From Amphiscolops sp. MND2022 (lineage: Eukaryota), in the NCBI GenBank assembly GCA_964187785.1, contig OZ076409.1, positions 18,230,001 to 18,294,000 on the forward strand: 64,000 nt of DNA. The letters are read 5' to 3'. Both the position numbers and the translations under genes were made by a program. The notes under the pieces are model-generated. The model saw only the letters and a list, made by a program, of their open reading frames with translations. It was not told where the DNA came from and did not search any database. Position 1 is the first letter of the stretch, and each line of letters begins with the position of its first letter. This document shows, one piece after another, positions 11,811-23,500 of the stretch.

Positions 11811-12873
11811 ATTACCGCGTTAGAAATCTTCCGGAAGTATCTTAGACTTGAACAAAACGTGTTATCACGTGCCTATTAGTGGAAACAGGAAGCGCTGTAC
11901 GAACGAAATTTAGCCCTGATCAAGCTAAGCTAGTTCAACATGTGAAAACCAGACCAACCTGTACTCGAAGACATGCTTCTCCAGTATCGTTAGTCCAAAG
12001 TAGAAGAATGAGGAACAACGAAGGGACTGTGTGATTGAGCCAATCTCGGCTGGGGAAGGAAGGAACCAGAGATTCTCTGAGAGGGAGATGCCACTCGTGA
12101 TGAGAGGAAAGGACGTCGTAATAGCAAAGTGTAACGAATATGCAAATGTGTTGAATTTGAGTGGAGACAAATGGAAGTTAGATGGAATTGAAAATGTAAC
12201 AATCAGATAGGATCGGAGAGTTGGAGTTCGTGGCTGAAGATTTACCAGACTAATATTATTCGATTATCTACATATTTAAAACTGTACACGGAGTCTGCCA
12301 GCGAAATGTACAGAAAATTCCTCGTTATTTATAACTTCGTTAGTTGAGTGGCCGATTACGGCCTTTTACCCTACTTACCTTTACCGTTTTGTTCCGTTGC
12401 CTTTATTACCCTTAGTTAGAAATCGCCATTTTAGAATAGTCAAAATTATTATTTTTCGCCATTTTATTTATTAATTTTTCATTTTATCAACGGGTAATTC
12501 TGATTGGCTAACGCCATGTTGAGAAAGAGCTACGACGAGCGCAGTTAATTACCTTCAAGCGACCTGTTAATTACCCACTTGAAAATAGTGAAGTTGGTTT
12601 TGATGACTCGAGTGTTATTCACATCTCTCCAAGCGGTGTAGTAGATGGGGGGTAAACATTGGATTATCAAAGGCAGCCAACTAATTATGGAATTCCATTC
12701 AAGAATGTTTATGTCGGATTGGGAGATTCGACTGAGGAATTCTACCGCCACAACGAATTGCCGGGAAAAGACCGAACTCGGCTAATACCCTAAGTTTGAT
12801 AAATTCATTCAATCTCATATTTCATCGACAAACAGTTGACTTGCCTAGACTCAAAATTGCAAAGAAATACATA

Positions 12874-13658
12874 ATGAGCAAATTTAACCTCTCAAGGAAA
12901 TTATTTGATCTTGAAGGTTGCGACTCAGATGAATCTACTGATTCAGTAATCTACATCTCTAGCGACGAAGAAGAGTCCTCATACTGGGAATCGGACTGTT
13001 CTACCGACACGGAACAATTAATCGCCCGCATAGAGAAAGAGGTTACGTCGAGCCCAATGCTGATCGCAGGACGAATTATGACGGTGGACACAACGGAAAA
13101 TGATATGGTGGCTGGACCAAGCACGTCAAAGACGGACACTGAGATGACACCTAAACTGGATCACAGGTATTTCGACATAGACAGGTGCTACGCCCCCCCC
13201 CGAAGAAGGCCGGAAAATCAAAAATCGAGATTTGTAGTACGATTTTGCCAGTTTTGGAGTCGCCCCTATCTCCCCCGGATCACGAAAAGGGCCCAAGCAA
13301 AGACACCCCTTTGGTCCAATCAACTAGTGGGAGCTTCCGTGCCTCATATCATATTCAGAACTCGAGGCCCTACGACGATATAAGCAGACAACGGTGTACT
13401 AGTTGCATGGTCTGCGGGAGAGCAGTAGATGAAATCAAAGAGGAAAAAATCAAGTGGTATATGGACAGATCGACCCCCAGAGGAGAGCCTGAGTACATCA
13501 CCAAATTGAGGCGGGAAGCGTACGTGAACGGTCTTAACGCCGGCAGCTTACTTTTCATTGCACCCGCAGTGTCGCAGGCTGCCGCCTGTGATGGCAACAA
13601 CTATACGACCTCGGGATACGGACAAGAAATTACCCCAGGTACATTACCCATTTATTAA
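12874..13658 (+). CDS. Small acidic accessory ORF3 of element 1, split by a frameshift in a C9 run (13193-13201)
   Basis: ORFs 12796-13383 and 13185-13658 join to ~261 aa with one extra C; contains VIYISSDEEE and CTSCMVC; positional counterpart of 61440-62036. Confidence 0.6.
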
Positions 13659-15347
13659 ACTCAAAACTGCAATTGCCAAGACTCGCTTTAACTATTTTAG
13701 TTTATTTATCCAAACTGAATATTAGTCTGTTAAGTACAATTTGGAATTGTCCAAATTGGGATGTTTTATGTTGCAAATGTGTTGAATACAATTACAGCAG
13801 AGCAATGTAATATAAAGCAACTGTAAGGCAGTATAGGAAACGTGTTCAAGTGATGCTAAGCGCTGATCCAAAAGCGTCACTTGAGCGCATTGTCTTATCC
13901 AATCAGAGCGCTGTATTTGTTGTGCTATATTAGCTTTGTTGCTATCATGGCCTAATTAGGCCTATTTCCTAAATAACGCTTGCTGTACTGTATTACTTGG
14001 TCAAACGGCCGGTTCCGGCCATTTTGTACAAATAGTTAATTGACGTTGCTTTGATAGTAATAACCGGACCTATTATTTCAAATTCACTTTAGTCCACTTG
14101 TTGATGCTATAATTATACTCCCCCTCTGCCTAAATGTGAGAAATGAGCATAATAATAATTGCAGTTGGAATGAAGCCTCTCCCCACCTTTTCCCAGTGCA
14201 AGACTGAAACCCCGGACATGGCCAGTTTCGGCCTCGTGAAAATAACTTGCACCAATTTCACTGCTGCGTTTGTTGATCATGATTTATTCAATTTGATACG
14301 TGAATTAGACGGCACATGGCAAGCCGCGTGGCAGCACGTGCTGTCTCAACACCTTGTAATAAGGAATGCAATGAACAGTGCATTGTTAACATTTTTGTTA
14401 TTTGTATTGATGTTAAGTACGTTAGTTATTTGTTAGATGTTAACTCACGGTCGATGTAAGTTGGGCACGCCGCCTGTCACACCTATAACCACGTGATGTT
14501 TGGAATAACATTTGACCTTACTAGGACGAATTCCTGAAAGTCTTTGAGGTGCTAACTATCTAACTGTATGTCGGTCCTCATGACCATTAAGGAATTTGTC
14601 GATTACAAATGGAATTTGATCACACTTGTAAGGGTATATATAGCAATGTTTCCTTGAGGTGATTATTAATTCCATACCGATTGTTCAGATCAGTTGATTT
14701 GTTTCGCATTTATAGATTGCAAGACTAGATTACCAAATAAAATATTCAACCTTGAAATCTTGATGCCTACTACAAGGAAACAAAAGAAAGCTAGAAAGTC
14801 TAGAGGAATTGAGATGCTTTCTGACTTGGAGAACCTTGACATAATGCTAGGGGAAAACCACTTCAATAGAAATGAAAGGGACGGAAGTGTTAGTAGCAAT
14901 TTCGGCAGAAGGCCTGGTAGTACCTCTGCAGATGAACTAGGAAGTAATGGTGAAAACAGGCACTCAGCCACAAGGGACATTGATCCTGGTAATAATGCCG
15001 ATTATGGTCGAAACTCAATTGGTGGCAACTCTAGTGCTGAGATTAACAAGTTGTCAAGTGAATTGAACTCTAGATTATCAAGAGAGTTAGATGATATGAT
15101 GTGTAGTGTCAATTCTCAGATCCAAAGGGCAATTAGTGATGCAATAAGCAACCAAGTACTCCCACAAATCCAATCCGCCCTTAGTGCCGGGTCAGGACAC
15201 ATGACACAAAACAGATGGGACATCCGTCCGAGAGACCGGAAATAAATTCCGAAGGACTGCAAAATACTAACCCCAAAGACAGTTCAACTAGCAAGCATAA
15301 CCATGACCATCAGAATGATGGTGGTATTAATTTAAATGCTTACGACA
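13570..15347 (+). repeat. 3' LTR of element 1 (right end firm, left end inferred)
   Basis: 14347-15347 matches 1-1002; candidate start TGTCGCAG at 13570 is inverted to the terminal CGACA and resembles the element 2 start TGTCACAG, but no clear PPT precedes it. Confidence 0.7.
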
Positions 15348-15466
15348 GCCTAAGATTTGACTTGGTGTGCTAATCAAAATTGAAAGTGAGAGCAAATAAG
15401 TCATTCTGATTGGCTGATAACGACGCTCAACGCATAAGGAGTCGATTTCTTAATCACAATATTGTA

Positions 15467-15545
15467 CCGTATTTCTTCGAATACAGACCGCGGCTTGTAA
15501 GTTTTTCCCGTAGTAATTTCGCGGCCTATATTCGAAGAAATACGG
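15467..15545. repeat. 17-bp perfect inverted repeat starting CCGTA after TA (Tc2/pogo-like MITE end)
   Basis: CCGTATTTCTTCGAATA at 15467-15483 and TATTCGAAGAAATACGG at 15529-15545. Confidence 0.6.
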
Positions 15546-15581
15546 GAAGCTTTGGTTTTGGGATAAAACTTTCATGCTTGA

Positions 15582-16421
15582 TGCGGCTTCTAATCGGGGC
15601 GGCCTAAATTCGGGGCGGCCTATATTCAGCGCGGCCTATATTCGGGGCGGCCTATATTCGAGGCGGTCTATATTCGGGGCGGCCTATATTCGGAGGGGCC
15701 TATAATCGGGCGGCCTATATACGGGGCGGCCTATATTCGGGGCGGCCTATATTCGGGGCGACCTATATTCGGGGCGGCCTATATTCGGGGCGGCCTATAT
15801 TCGGGCGGCCTATATTCGGGCGGCCTATATTCGGGGCGGCCTATATTCGGGGCGGCCTATATTAGGGGCGGCCTATATTCGGGGCGGCCTATATTCGTGG
15901 CGGCCTATATTCGAGGCGATCTATATTCGGGGCGGCCTATATTCGGAGGGGCCTATAATCGGGCGGCCTATATACGGGGCGGCCTATATTCGGGGCGGCC
16001 TATATTCGGGGCGACCTATATTCGGGGCGGCCTATATTCGGGCGGCCTATATTCGGGCGGCCTATATTCGGGGCGGCCTATATTCGGGGCGGCCTATATT
16101 CAGCGCGGCCTATATTCGGGGCGGCCTATATTCGAGGCGGTCTATATTCGGGGCGGCCTATATTCGGAGGGGCCTATAATCGGGCGGCCTATATACGGGG
16201 CGGCCTATATTCGGGGCGGCCTATATTCGGGGCGACCTATATTCGGGGCGGCTTATATTCGGGCGGCCTATATTAGGGGCGGCCTATATTCGGGGTGGCC
16301 TATATTCGGGGCGGCCTATATTCGGGGCGGCCTATATTCGGGGCAGCCTATATTCGGGGCGGCCTATATTCGGGGCGGCCTTTATTCGGGGCGGCCTATA
16401 TTCGGGGGCGGTCTATATTCG
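15582..16421. repeat. G-rich minisatellite, 16-17 bp unit TATATTCGGGGCGGCC, roughly 50 copies
   Basis: Directly visible tandem array with recurring variant units. Confidence 0.95.
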
Positions 16422-16439
16422 GTATATCCAATCTTTTCG

Positions 16440-18582
16440 TTCTCACTTTTTATGTGTGAAATCTTTCGCTTCTAAAAAAATGCTCAATTGGATGATTGAC
16501 AGCAAGTTTCAAGTTGTTTTGAAACGTTTGTTGACAACTATTTGCAATTTTGAGAGCTCGAAAGTTATTTGGTTCACAGAGTACAGTACTGTGATTAAGA
16601 AAACGTCCCCCGTTTTCTCGAAATCGGTTGAGAATTTTGAAAAACATCAGAGATAAAAGTTTCTTAGAATTTAATCTAGTTTATATTAGCGTTTATTAAA
16701 TTTTTCTGTGACAAAAATTGAGAAAGTTACAAATGGCTGATTTTGAGCAAATTTGGTACTTTTTTCAGTTTTTATATATTTTGACCGTTTTATCCACAGT
16801 TGGTTTGGAAAGTTTTATGCTCAAACAACTCCCTCAAATCTACTGAATATATTGATGTAATTTGATTTCAAAATAGATTGACCGTTTCCGATTTATCAGG
16901 CTCAAAAGGTAAAATTTCCAAAATTTACGTGAATTTCACTTGATGCGCCAATCAGAATTGAAAGTGAGACCAAATAAACGATTTTGATTGGTTGAGAACG
17001 TCAAAGGGGGACGATTTCTTATTCACAGTACTGTACGTAGACAGACTTTCTTTTTGATTGAACCTACTTTGATACCGCTTCACTTGAATGGGTTGCATAT
17101 TCGTATTTGAATCATTCAGTGACGTGAGAAAACAGTGACAACACTGATAACACCTCAGTATGTTCGAAATGAAAACTTTTGACAGCTGTCAAAACTGCTA
17201 GCTGTCAATCAAGGGTTTAAATTCAGAAAAAGCATCAGTTTGCACAGTTAGCAAAGTTAGATATGGTATGCACATTTTGCTGTGTAAACTAGCAAAACTG
17301 CAGTTTCAACAAAAACAGCATGAAATATGTTTTATTCACAGCAAGAATTTCATCGCGGGATGCAAAAACTACAAGTCATGAAGAGATTGTTCTGCCATCG
17401 GAAAAACAACAAGCAAATCACAGTATGCTTTTATCTTGAGAAGTCCATGAAACGAACTTTTCGGGAGTTTTGGGAGATAAAATGAGAGGCGTCATGACGA
17501 CACGTGTTGTTCTCACTTTTTATGTGTGAAATCTTTCGCTTCTAAAAAAATGCTCAATTGGATGATTGACAGCAAGTTTCAAGTTGTTTTGAAACGTTTG
17601 TTGACAACTATTTGCAATTTTGAGAGCTCGAAAGTTATTTGGTTCACAGAGTACAGTACTGTGATTAAGAAAACGTCCCCCGTTTTCTCTAAATCGGTTG
17701 AGAATTTTGAAAAACAACAGAGATAAAAGTTTCTTAGAATTTAATCTAGTTTATATTAGTGTTTATGAAATTTTTCTGTGACAAAAATTGAGAAATTTAC
17801 AAATGGCTGATTTTGAGCAAATTTGGTACTTTTTTCAGTTTTTATATATTTTGACCGTTTTATCCACAGTTGTTTTGGAAAGTTTTATGCTCAAACAACT
17901 CCCTCAAATCTACTAAATATATTGATGTATTTTGATTTCAAAATAGATTGACCGTTTCCGATTTATCAGGCTCAAAAGGTAAAATTTCCAAAATTTACGT
18001 GAATTTCACTTGATGCGCCAATCAGAATTGAAAGTGAGACCAAATAAACGATTTTGATTGGTTGAGAACGTCAAAGGGGGACGATTTCTTATTCACAGTA
18101 CTGTACGTAGACAGACTTTCTTTTTGAATGAACCTACTTTGATACCGCTTCACTTGAATGGGTTGCATATTCGTATTTGAATCATTCAGTGACGTGAGAA
18201 AACAGTGACAACACTGATAACACCTCAGTATTTTCGAAATGAAAACTTTTGACAGCTGTCAAAACTGCTAGCTGTCAATCAAGGGTTTAAATTCAGAAAA
18301 AGCATCAGTTTGCACAGTTAGCAAAGTTAGATATGGTATGCACATTTTGCTGTGTAAACTAGCAAAACTGCAGTTTCAACAAAAACAGCATGAAATATGT
18401 TTTATTCACAGCAAGAATTTCATCGCGGGATGCAAAAACTACAAGTCATGAAGAGATTGTTCTGCCATCGGAAAAACAACAAGCAAATCACAGTATGGTT
18501 TTATCTTGAGAAGTCCATGAAACGAACTTTTCGGGAGTTTTGGGAGATAAAATGAGAGGCGTCATGACGACACGTGTTGTTC
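16440..18582. repeat. 1070-bp tandem segmental duplication (16440-17509 and 17510-18582)
   Basis: Near-identical copies offset by exactly 1070 bp; duplicated ORFs 16450/17520 and 16456/17526. Confidence 0.95.
16584..17033. mobile_element. Tc1/mariner-type MITE (second copy 17654-18103; right end of a relative at 15348-15464)
   Basis: TA|CAGTACTGTGATTAAGAAAACGTCCCC ... GGGGACGATTTCTTATTCACAGTACTG|TA. Confidence 0.8.
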
Positions 18583-19427
18583 TTGGAGCAGCATTTGTTA
18601 CCAAATGACAATCTCGCAAAGTTGGTACTTTTGGCGACATGAAATGAAAAACACGATATGGTTTCCGCAGCGCCATTTTCCCATAAAGCTCCTTTGGAGA
18701 TGAGACTTCTGTGGTTCATGTACGTGATGGTACCACCACAGAGAGGGAGTCAGAATTGCCATGGTGATAAATATGCATCTGTTCCTAATTAACGAGGCAT
18801 GAAATCTTATTGACGTCTACTATTTGAACGCTTGTTGCTTTAATCTCGAGCCGTCGTCAAAACGCCAACTAAATCCAACTCCGAAACAATTCCAGAGATC
18901 AACTCCTCTTTCATAGTCAACTTCTACCAATCAACGTCAGTCTGTGAACTCACACAAAAGAGCATCTATTACGGGTCAACAAGTTCTATGTTCAAACTCT
19001 CTAAACTTCAAAAAAGATTGTTTCGAAACAATGTAGTTGAATTCATTGAAGATTGACCTAACATTTTTTGCCACCTTTAAAAGTTTCCTCTGGTGGTATT
19101 TTTTTTAATTTTTAAAATTTACGTCACCAATGTCAGATCTGTGGCAACTTTGTGACACGACCTCAACGAAAAAAAACGACTGCGCAAACACTAGCAGACT
19201 TATTTACAGCGCACGCTCAATGCAGAGTTCTAATGTTTCAAAAACTAAATCGCTCGAACCCGCATTTTGAAAAACCCGCAATTAGATTTGTTGATTCTTC
19301 TCGTCATTTTTGTTTGAAACGATTTTTGGTAAAATTTGATTTTTGCCACGAACAGGGGCAAATTTTGCTGAACGTTTGACCCAAACAGTCTAAAAATACT
19401 CTTTTGTAACAGTTATTCGGTGTTGAA

Positions 19428-19607
19428 ATGATGTTTTGGCAAGTGGTCATTCTAGTTTTCAGTCTCCAAACGGCTTCGATTGAGGCTATCAGTATGACTT
19501 CGGTCCAGCTGTGTCAAACTTATTCGAGTTATGACACAAACGCAGATGGCAAGATTACAAAAAGCAGCCCCAACGAAATGGAACCTCTCTTCTACTATCT
19601 CACTTCA
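19428..19607 (+). CDS. Possible first exon of a small secreted EF-hand-like protein
   Basis: Signal-peptide-like MMFWQVVILVFSLQTASIEA, EF-loop-like YDTNADGKIT, phase-0 GTAAGT donor at 19608. Confidence 0.45.
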
Positions 19608-20158
19608 GTAAGTTCGATATTCGATTACACCTTTACCAAAAGCCCCCACTAATGTTCTTCAGCTTTTTCTGTTATATTACAGCTAAAATCGTTTCAAAAT
19701 TTTATAACATTAAGTTTAAAAAATTGAAGCTCAACTTCTGATAATACTAACTGTCAAAAATCAGTATTAACTCAGTGACTGATTGCTCTACTAGACTGGG
19801 ATCTAAACCCTCTCCGATAAAAAAACTTCAGCTGCGATCATGTCAAAGTTTTGTTTTGTGAGAAATTGCATGCTTGAATCGCATGCTTTTGATAGATTTT
19901 CACGTATAAGAATTAGTTTACAAAATAGGAAGTAGGCCGAAAGAACACAAATGAAGTTATTTCTTACTTTGTTTTCGATTTAATTTGACAATCGCTAACG
20001 ATACAGAAGGTACTGCTTCAATTGCTGCTCAGCGTCCGAGAGTTTCGTCATTCAAAATTGTGAAACCTGATCGAGAATCCGACTTCGAAACTTGGAAGGT
20101 GATATTATTGATTGGAGTATCTCAAGTCCCGCAAAGAATCACATGATTCCACGATTAC

Positions 20159-20862
20159 CAGAAATTTCGTCGTCGGAAATTTCGTCATCAGAAATTTCGT
20201 CGTCAGAATTTTCGTCGTCGGTGATTAGGTTCTATAAAACATCGCATTTTCTTCAATCTATTAGGAATTGCTTTATTATTGAATCTTAATAATTATCGAT
20301 AATTGTGCAATTATTACTATCATTGACTACTTTTACTTATGGTTTTGAGAGAAAAAGTTTCAGACCTTATCCCCCCAGATACACCTTGTTTCTCATTCCT
20401 CAACACGAAGTTGTTTCGACACTTAAAGCAAAAATTACCAGGATTTTTTGATGATTTTCTGGCGAAAAAGCAAAAATTCCTCCCGAAACAAGCTTGAATT
20501 GTGTTCCACCTGTAGAACTGAAAATATACCATTGCTCAATAAGCGTCTTGATGAGTTGATTGAATGCAATTAACCTTTTGACTCAATTTTGGTGTCAAAA
20601 TGAAACTTGTTCCTAAGATCTCATTTTAATAATTAAATGATTGAATAATTCAAATGATACCTTTTGGTGAACGCTGTTATTCTAATCAATACGGCAACAT
20701 TTCTGACGACGAAATTTCTGGATTTGCTAATACGACGAAATTTCGTACGACGAAATTTCGTACGACGAAATTTCGTACGACGAAATTTCGTACGACGAAA
20801 TTTCTGACGACGAAAGTTCTGGCGACGGAAGTTCTGGCGACGAAAATTCTGGCGACGAAAGT
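20159..20862. repeat. Two oppositely oriented arrays of a 15-bp unit (GAAATTTCGTCGTCA / CGACGAAATTTCGTA), likely foldback or MITE subterminal repeats
   Basis: About 4 units at 20159-20220 and about 10 inverted units at 20700-20862. Confidence 0.75.
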
Positions 20863-21133
20863 TCCGCCTCCCTGGTTCCACATATTAAAAAACGTCTCAG
20901 CGTTCGCGTACTGGAACTTCATCGGCAATGTGGTAGCCACCAATAGAGACAATTTCGGGAAAATTTTTGAAAGTTGCTTTCCGAAAGTTGCAGTCACGAA
21001 AGTAAAAAAGCGGACTTTTTCAAAGTGAGCGCTGTGCTGTGGAGAAAAAAAACTAGTCTTGGCAAGAATCGGGAACATTTCCTACAAAATCCATCAACTG
21101 AAAACATAGGAAGCTGTATCCTGAATGTCTTCA

Positions 21134-22233
21134 CCCTGGTTGGAACTGCTCGAACTTTTTACAAGTTTTTGTAGGATACCAAGCTAATTTTTCATGATGT
21201 TATGAAATTCTCAAGGAAACCTCCATGCATTAAAACTTCACTGATGCAATTTAAATTTATCAAGCTGCCTATAAGATTCATCCTAAATTTGGCGGCAATT
21301 CTGAGCCGCGAAGTTTTGCAAGTTTCATAGAGACGCAGTTCTAATTTTGAAAGCTGCTGAGACCTTCGTCAATTCTACAGCGGTTTCAATGCAAATAAAT
21401 TTCTGTCATATTATAACCCTAGTCGAGAATGCTTGAACTTTTTACATGCTGCATGGAAACATGCAGGCTAATTTTTTACAAAACATTGAAATTTCCGGGA
21501 GCCTGCATGAAAACATTTTGTAGTATTACAATTCAGCCTCCACTATTTGAATTAAAACTGTAAACATTTCCACTTCTTCACCACCGCGATCACTTTGTTT
21601 TCACGCGTAAGTTTCTCAAATAAGTACCTTATGTAATCACCGTTAGTCAAATAGCACGCTGAATATGACGCCACTTTGAAACTTATAATCTGACTGAAGT
21701 TTATTTGCATTGAAAGCGCGGTAAAAATGATGACGGTCTCTGCTGCTTTGAAAATTATATCGGCGTCTTAATGAAACCTGCAAAACTTTGCGGCGCAAAA
21801 TTGACGCTAAATTTAGGATGCATTTTATAGGCAGCTTGATAAAATTAAATCGAATCAGTGAAGTTTTGTTGCATGGACATTTCTTTGAGAATTTTATAAA
21901 ATCATGGAAAATTAGGCGGTAACTAAAAAAAAACATGTAAAAAGTTCAAGCAGTTCCAACCAGTGAAGGTTCAAAGTAGCGTCATATTCAGCGTGCTATT
22001 TGACTAACGGTGTTTACATAAGGTTCTTACTTGAGAAACTTACGCGTGAAAATAAAGTGATCGTGGTGATGAAGAAGTGGAAATGTTTTCAGTTTTAACT
22101 CAAATAAGGAAAGGTGCAAAGTTTTCCTACAAAATGTTTCCATGCATGGTCCCTGAATTTTCCATGTTTTATAAAAAATTAGCCGGCATTTTTTGAAGGT
22201 GCCTGTAAAACTTTGCGGCAATTTCGACTAGGG
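21134..22233. mobile_element. Nested pair of ~550-bp CCC...GGG MITEs (inner copy 21417-21965 in opposite orientation)
   Basis: TIRs CCCTAGTCGAGA.TGCTTGAACTTTT / AAAAGTTCAAGCAGTTCCAACCAG; inner copy flanked by AA/AA; outer halves rejoin to match the intact copy 37918-38459. Confidence 0.8.
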
Positions 22234-22963
22234 CTTCCAAATAAACTTCTTAGTTACATTTTTTGTTAGTAGCAGCGATATAGTATACTCTTTAGAGAGC
22301 ATTCTACAGGATATTTTACTTCGAACGTGACTACAGTATCCTTTCTATCTATGTGGACAGCAATCAGATCCCACAAAATAAGTAAAGAAGCTTTTAATTG
22401 AATTTTTAAATGAACTTCTGTAAAAGAACCCTCTTTTTTCTTCTGCCCATAATTTCATTGTGCCATGCCGCTTTTTTATACCAAAACTATGGAAGTCCTT
22501 TCAAAGATTCCAAACGCCATAAAAATGGGTTCGTTTCATCTGTTGAGATAACTGAAATTTTTGGAAGTCATTAAAATGACAGTAAAAACATCCGAAAAAA
22601 TTAGTATTGACACTTCTATGCAGTTTTAGACAGTTTTTAAACTTTTTAGCAATTTGGTGGGTAAAAATTTCAAAAATAAAACGTTTTTAAGCCTCAAAAG
22701 AACCACAAAAAGATAAGTCTCTAATTTTTCCAAGTTTTCCACTATTCATTCGAAAGTTTTAAAGTTTTGCATAGTAATTACTTGGCACCCTCTTATAAAT
22801 GACACTTCACGTTTTCTACTTTTAAATGCTCTAAAAGGCCCAGAAGAAACGTAAAAGCTTGAAAATGACTTTTTGACTTCGGGAAAAAGAGTATACTCGA
22901 AAGCGGTATCATCAGAAATCAAATGAAAAAATATTGATGCTGAATGCGAGTGTGTTTTGAACT

Positions 22964-23500
22964 CCCTTGTTGAAACTGCTTGAACTTTTTGCATGTACTT
23001 TAATGTTGCCAGCAACTTTTATTATGATTTTCTAAAACTCTTACGGAAGCTTTCATGCAAAAATATTTACCTGTTGTATTCGACTTTTATCAAGCTCCTT
23101 GAAAGATTTAAAGTTTTAACGACAATCTTTAGCAATGAAGTTTTGCAGGTTCCATTAAGAAGCAGTTCTAGTTTTAAAAGCAAATAAATCGCTCTCAGTT
23201 TAACATGCAAAATATCTTCAGTCACGTAATAAACTGCAACTTAGCGTCATCTTTAGCGTTCTATTGGAGAGGCGGTGATCCCATCAGATGAATAGTCGGA
23301 AAACAAAGTGTAAATACAAAGTGATTGTGTCGGTGATGACGTGGTATTTGTTTTCAAATTTAATTGCAGTAGTGGAAAATGCAGTGTAATTTTACAAGAT
23401 TTACCACCTGAATTACCACTGAATTTTCTAGGTTTTATAAAACAAATTTCCTGCATGCAGGCCTGCAGCATGTAAAACGTTCCTGCAGTCTCAAGTAGGG
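22964..23500. mobile_element. CCC...GGG MITE, same broad family, 2-bp TSD CT (EnSpm/CACTA-like by termini)
   Basis: CT|CCCTTGTTGAAACTGC ... GCAGTCTCAAGTAGGG|CT; similar to 47993-48426. Confidence 0.75.

Larger units (their letters stand above)
1..15347 (+). mobile_element. Element 1: large Ty3/Gypsy-type LTR retrotransposon with accessory genes, 5' end outside the window
   Basis: Direct repeat 1-1002 = 14347-15347, ending ...TTACGACA; TGG-starting PBS directly after the 5' copy; gag (two CCHC knuckles) and pol in PR-RT-RH-IN order. Confidence 0.95.

Noticed and set aside
7400..12500. Antisense gene as an independent nested DNA transposon
   Set aside because: No TIRs or TSD seen around it, and a homologue occupies the same position and orientation in the divergent element 2
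14694..15245. Second independent gag gene
   Set aside because: It is the 3' LTR copy of the Gag N-terminus and is frameshifted near 15223
1..15347. DIRS or Penelope-type element, or a tandem array of elements, suggested by the repeated gag start
   Set aside because: A DDE integrase and protease are present; the repeat ends in CA before a PBS; element 2 shows TG...CA LTRs with a TSD
15582..16421. Repeat arrays (also 20700-20862 and 36565-37043) as CRISPR arrays
   Set aside because: Units are contiguous or lack unique fixed-length spacers, there are no cas genes, and the context is eukaryotic
15897..16475. 192-aa repetitive ORF (GGLYSGRPIF)
   Set aside because: Translation of the minisatellite
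20633..21078. Arg/Phe-rich repetitive ORFs
   Set aside because: Translations of the 15-bp tandem array
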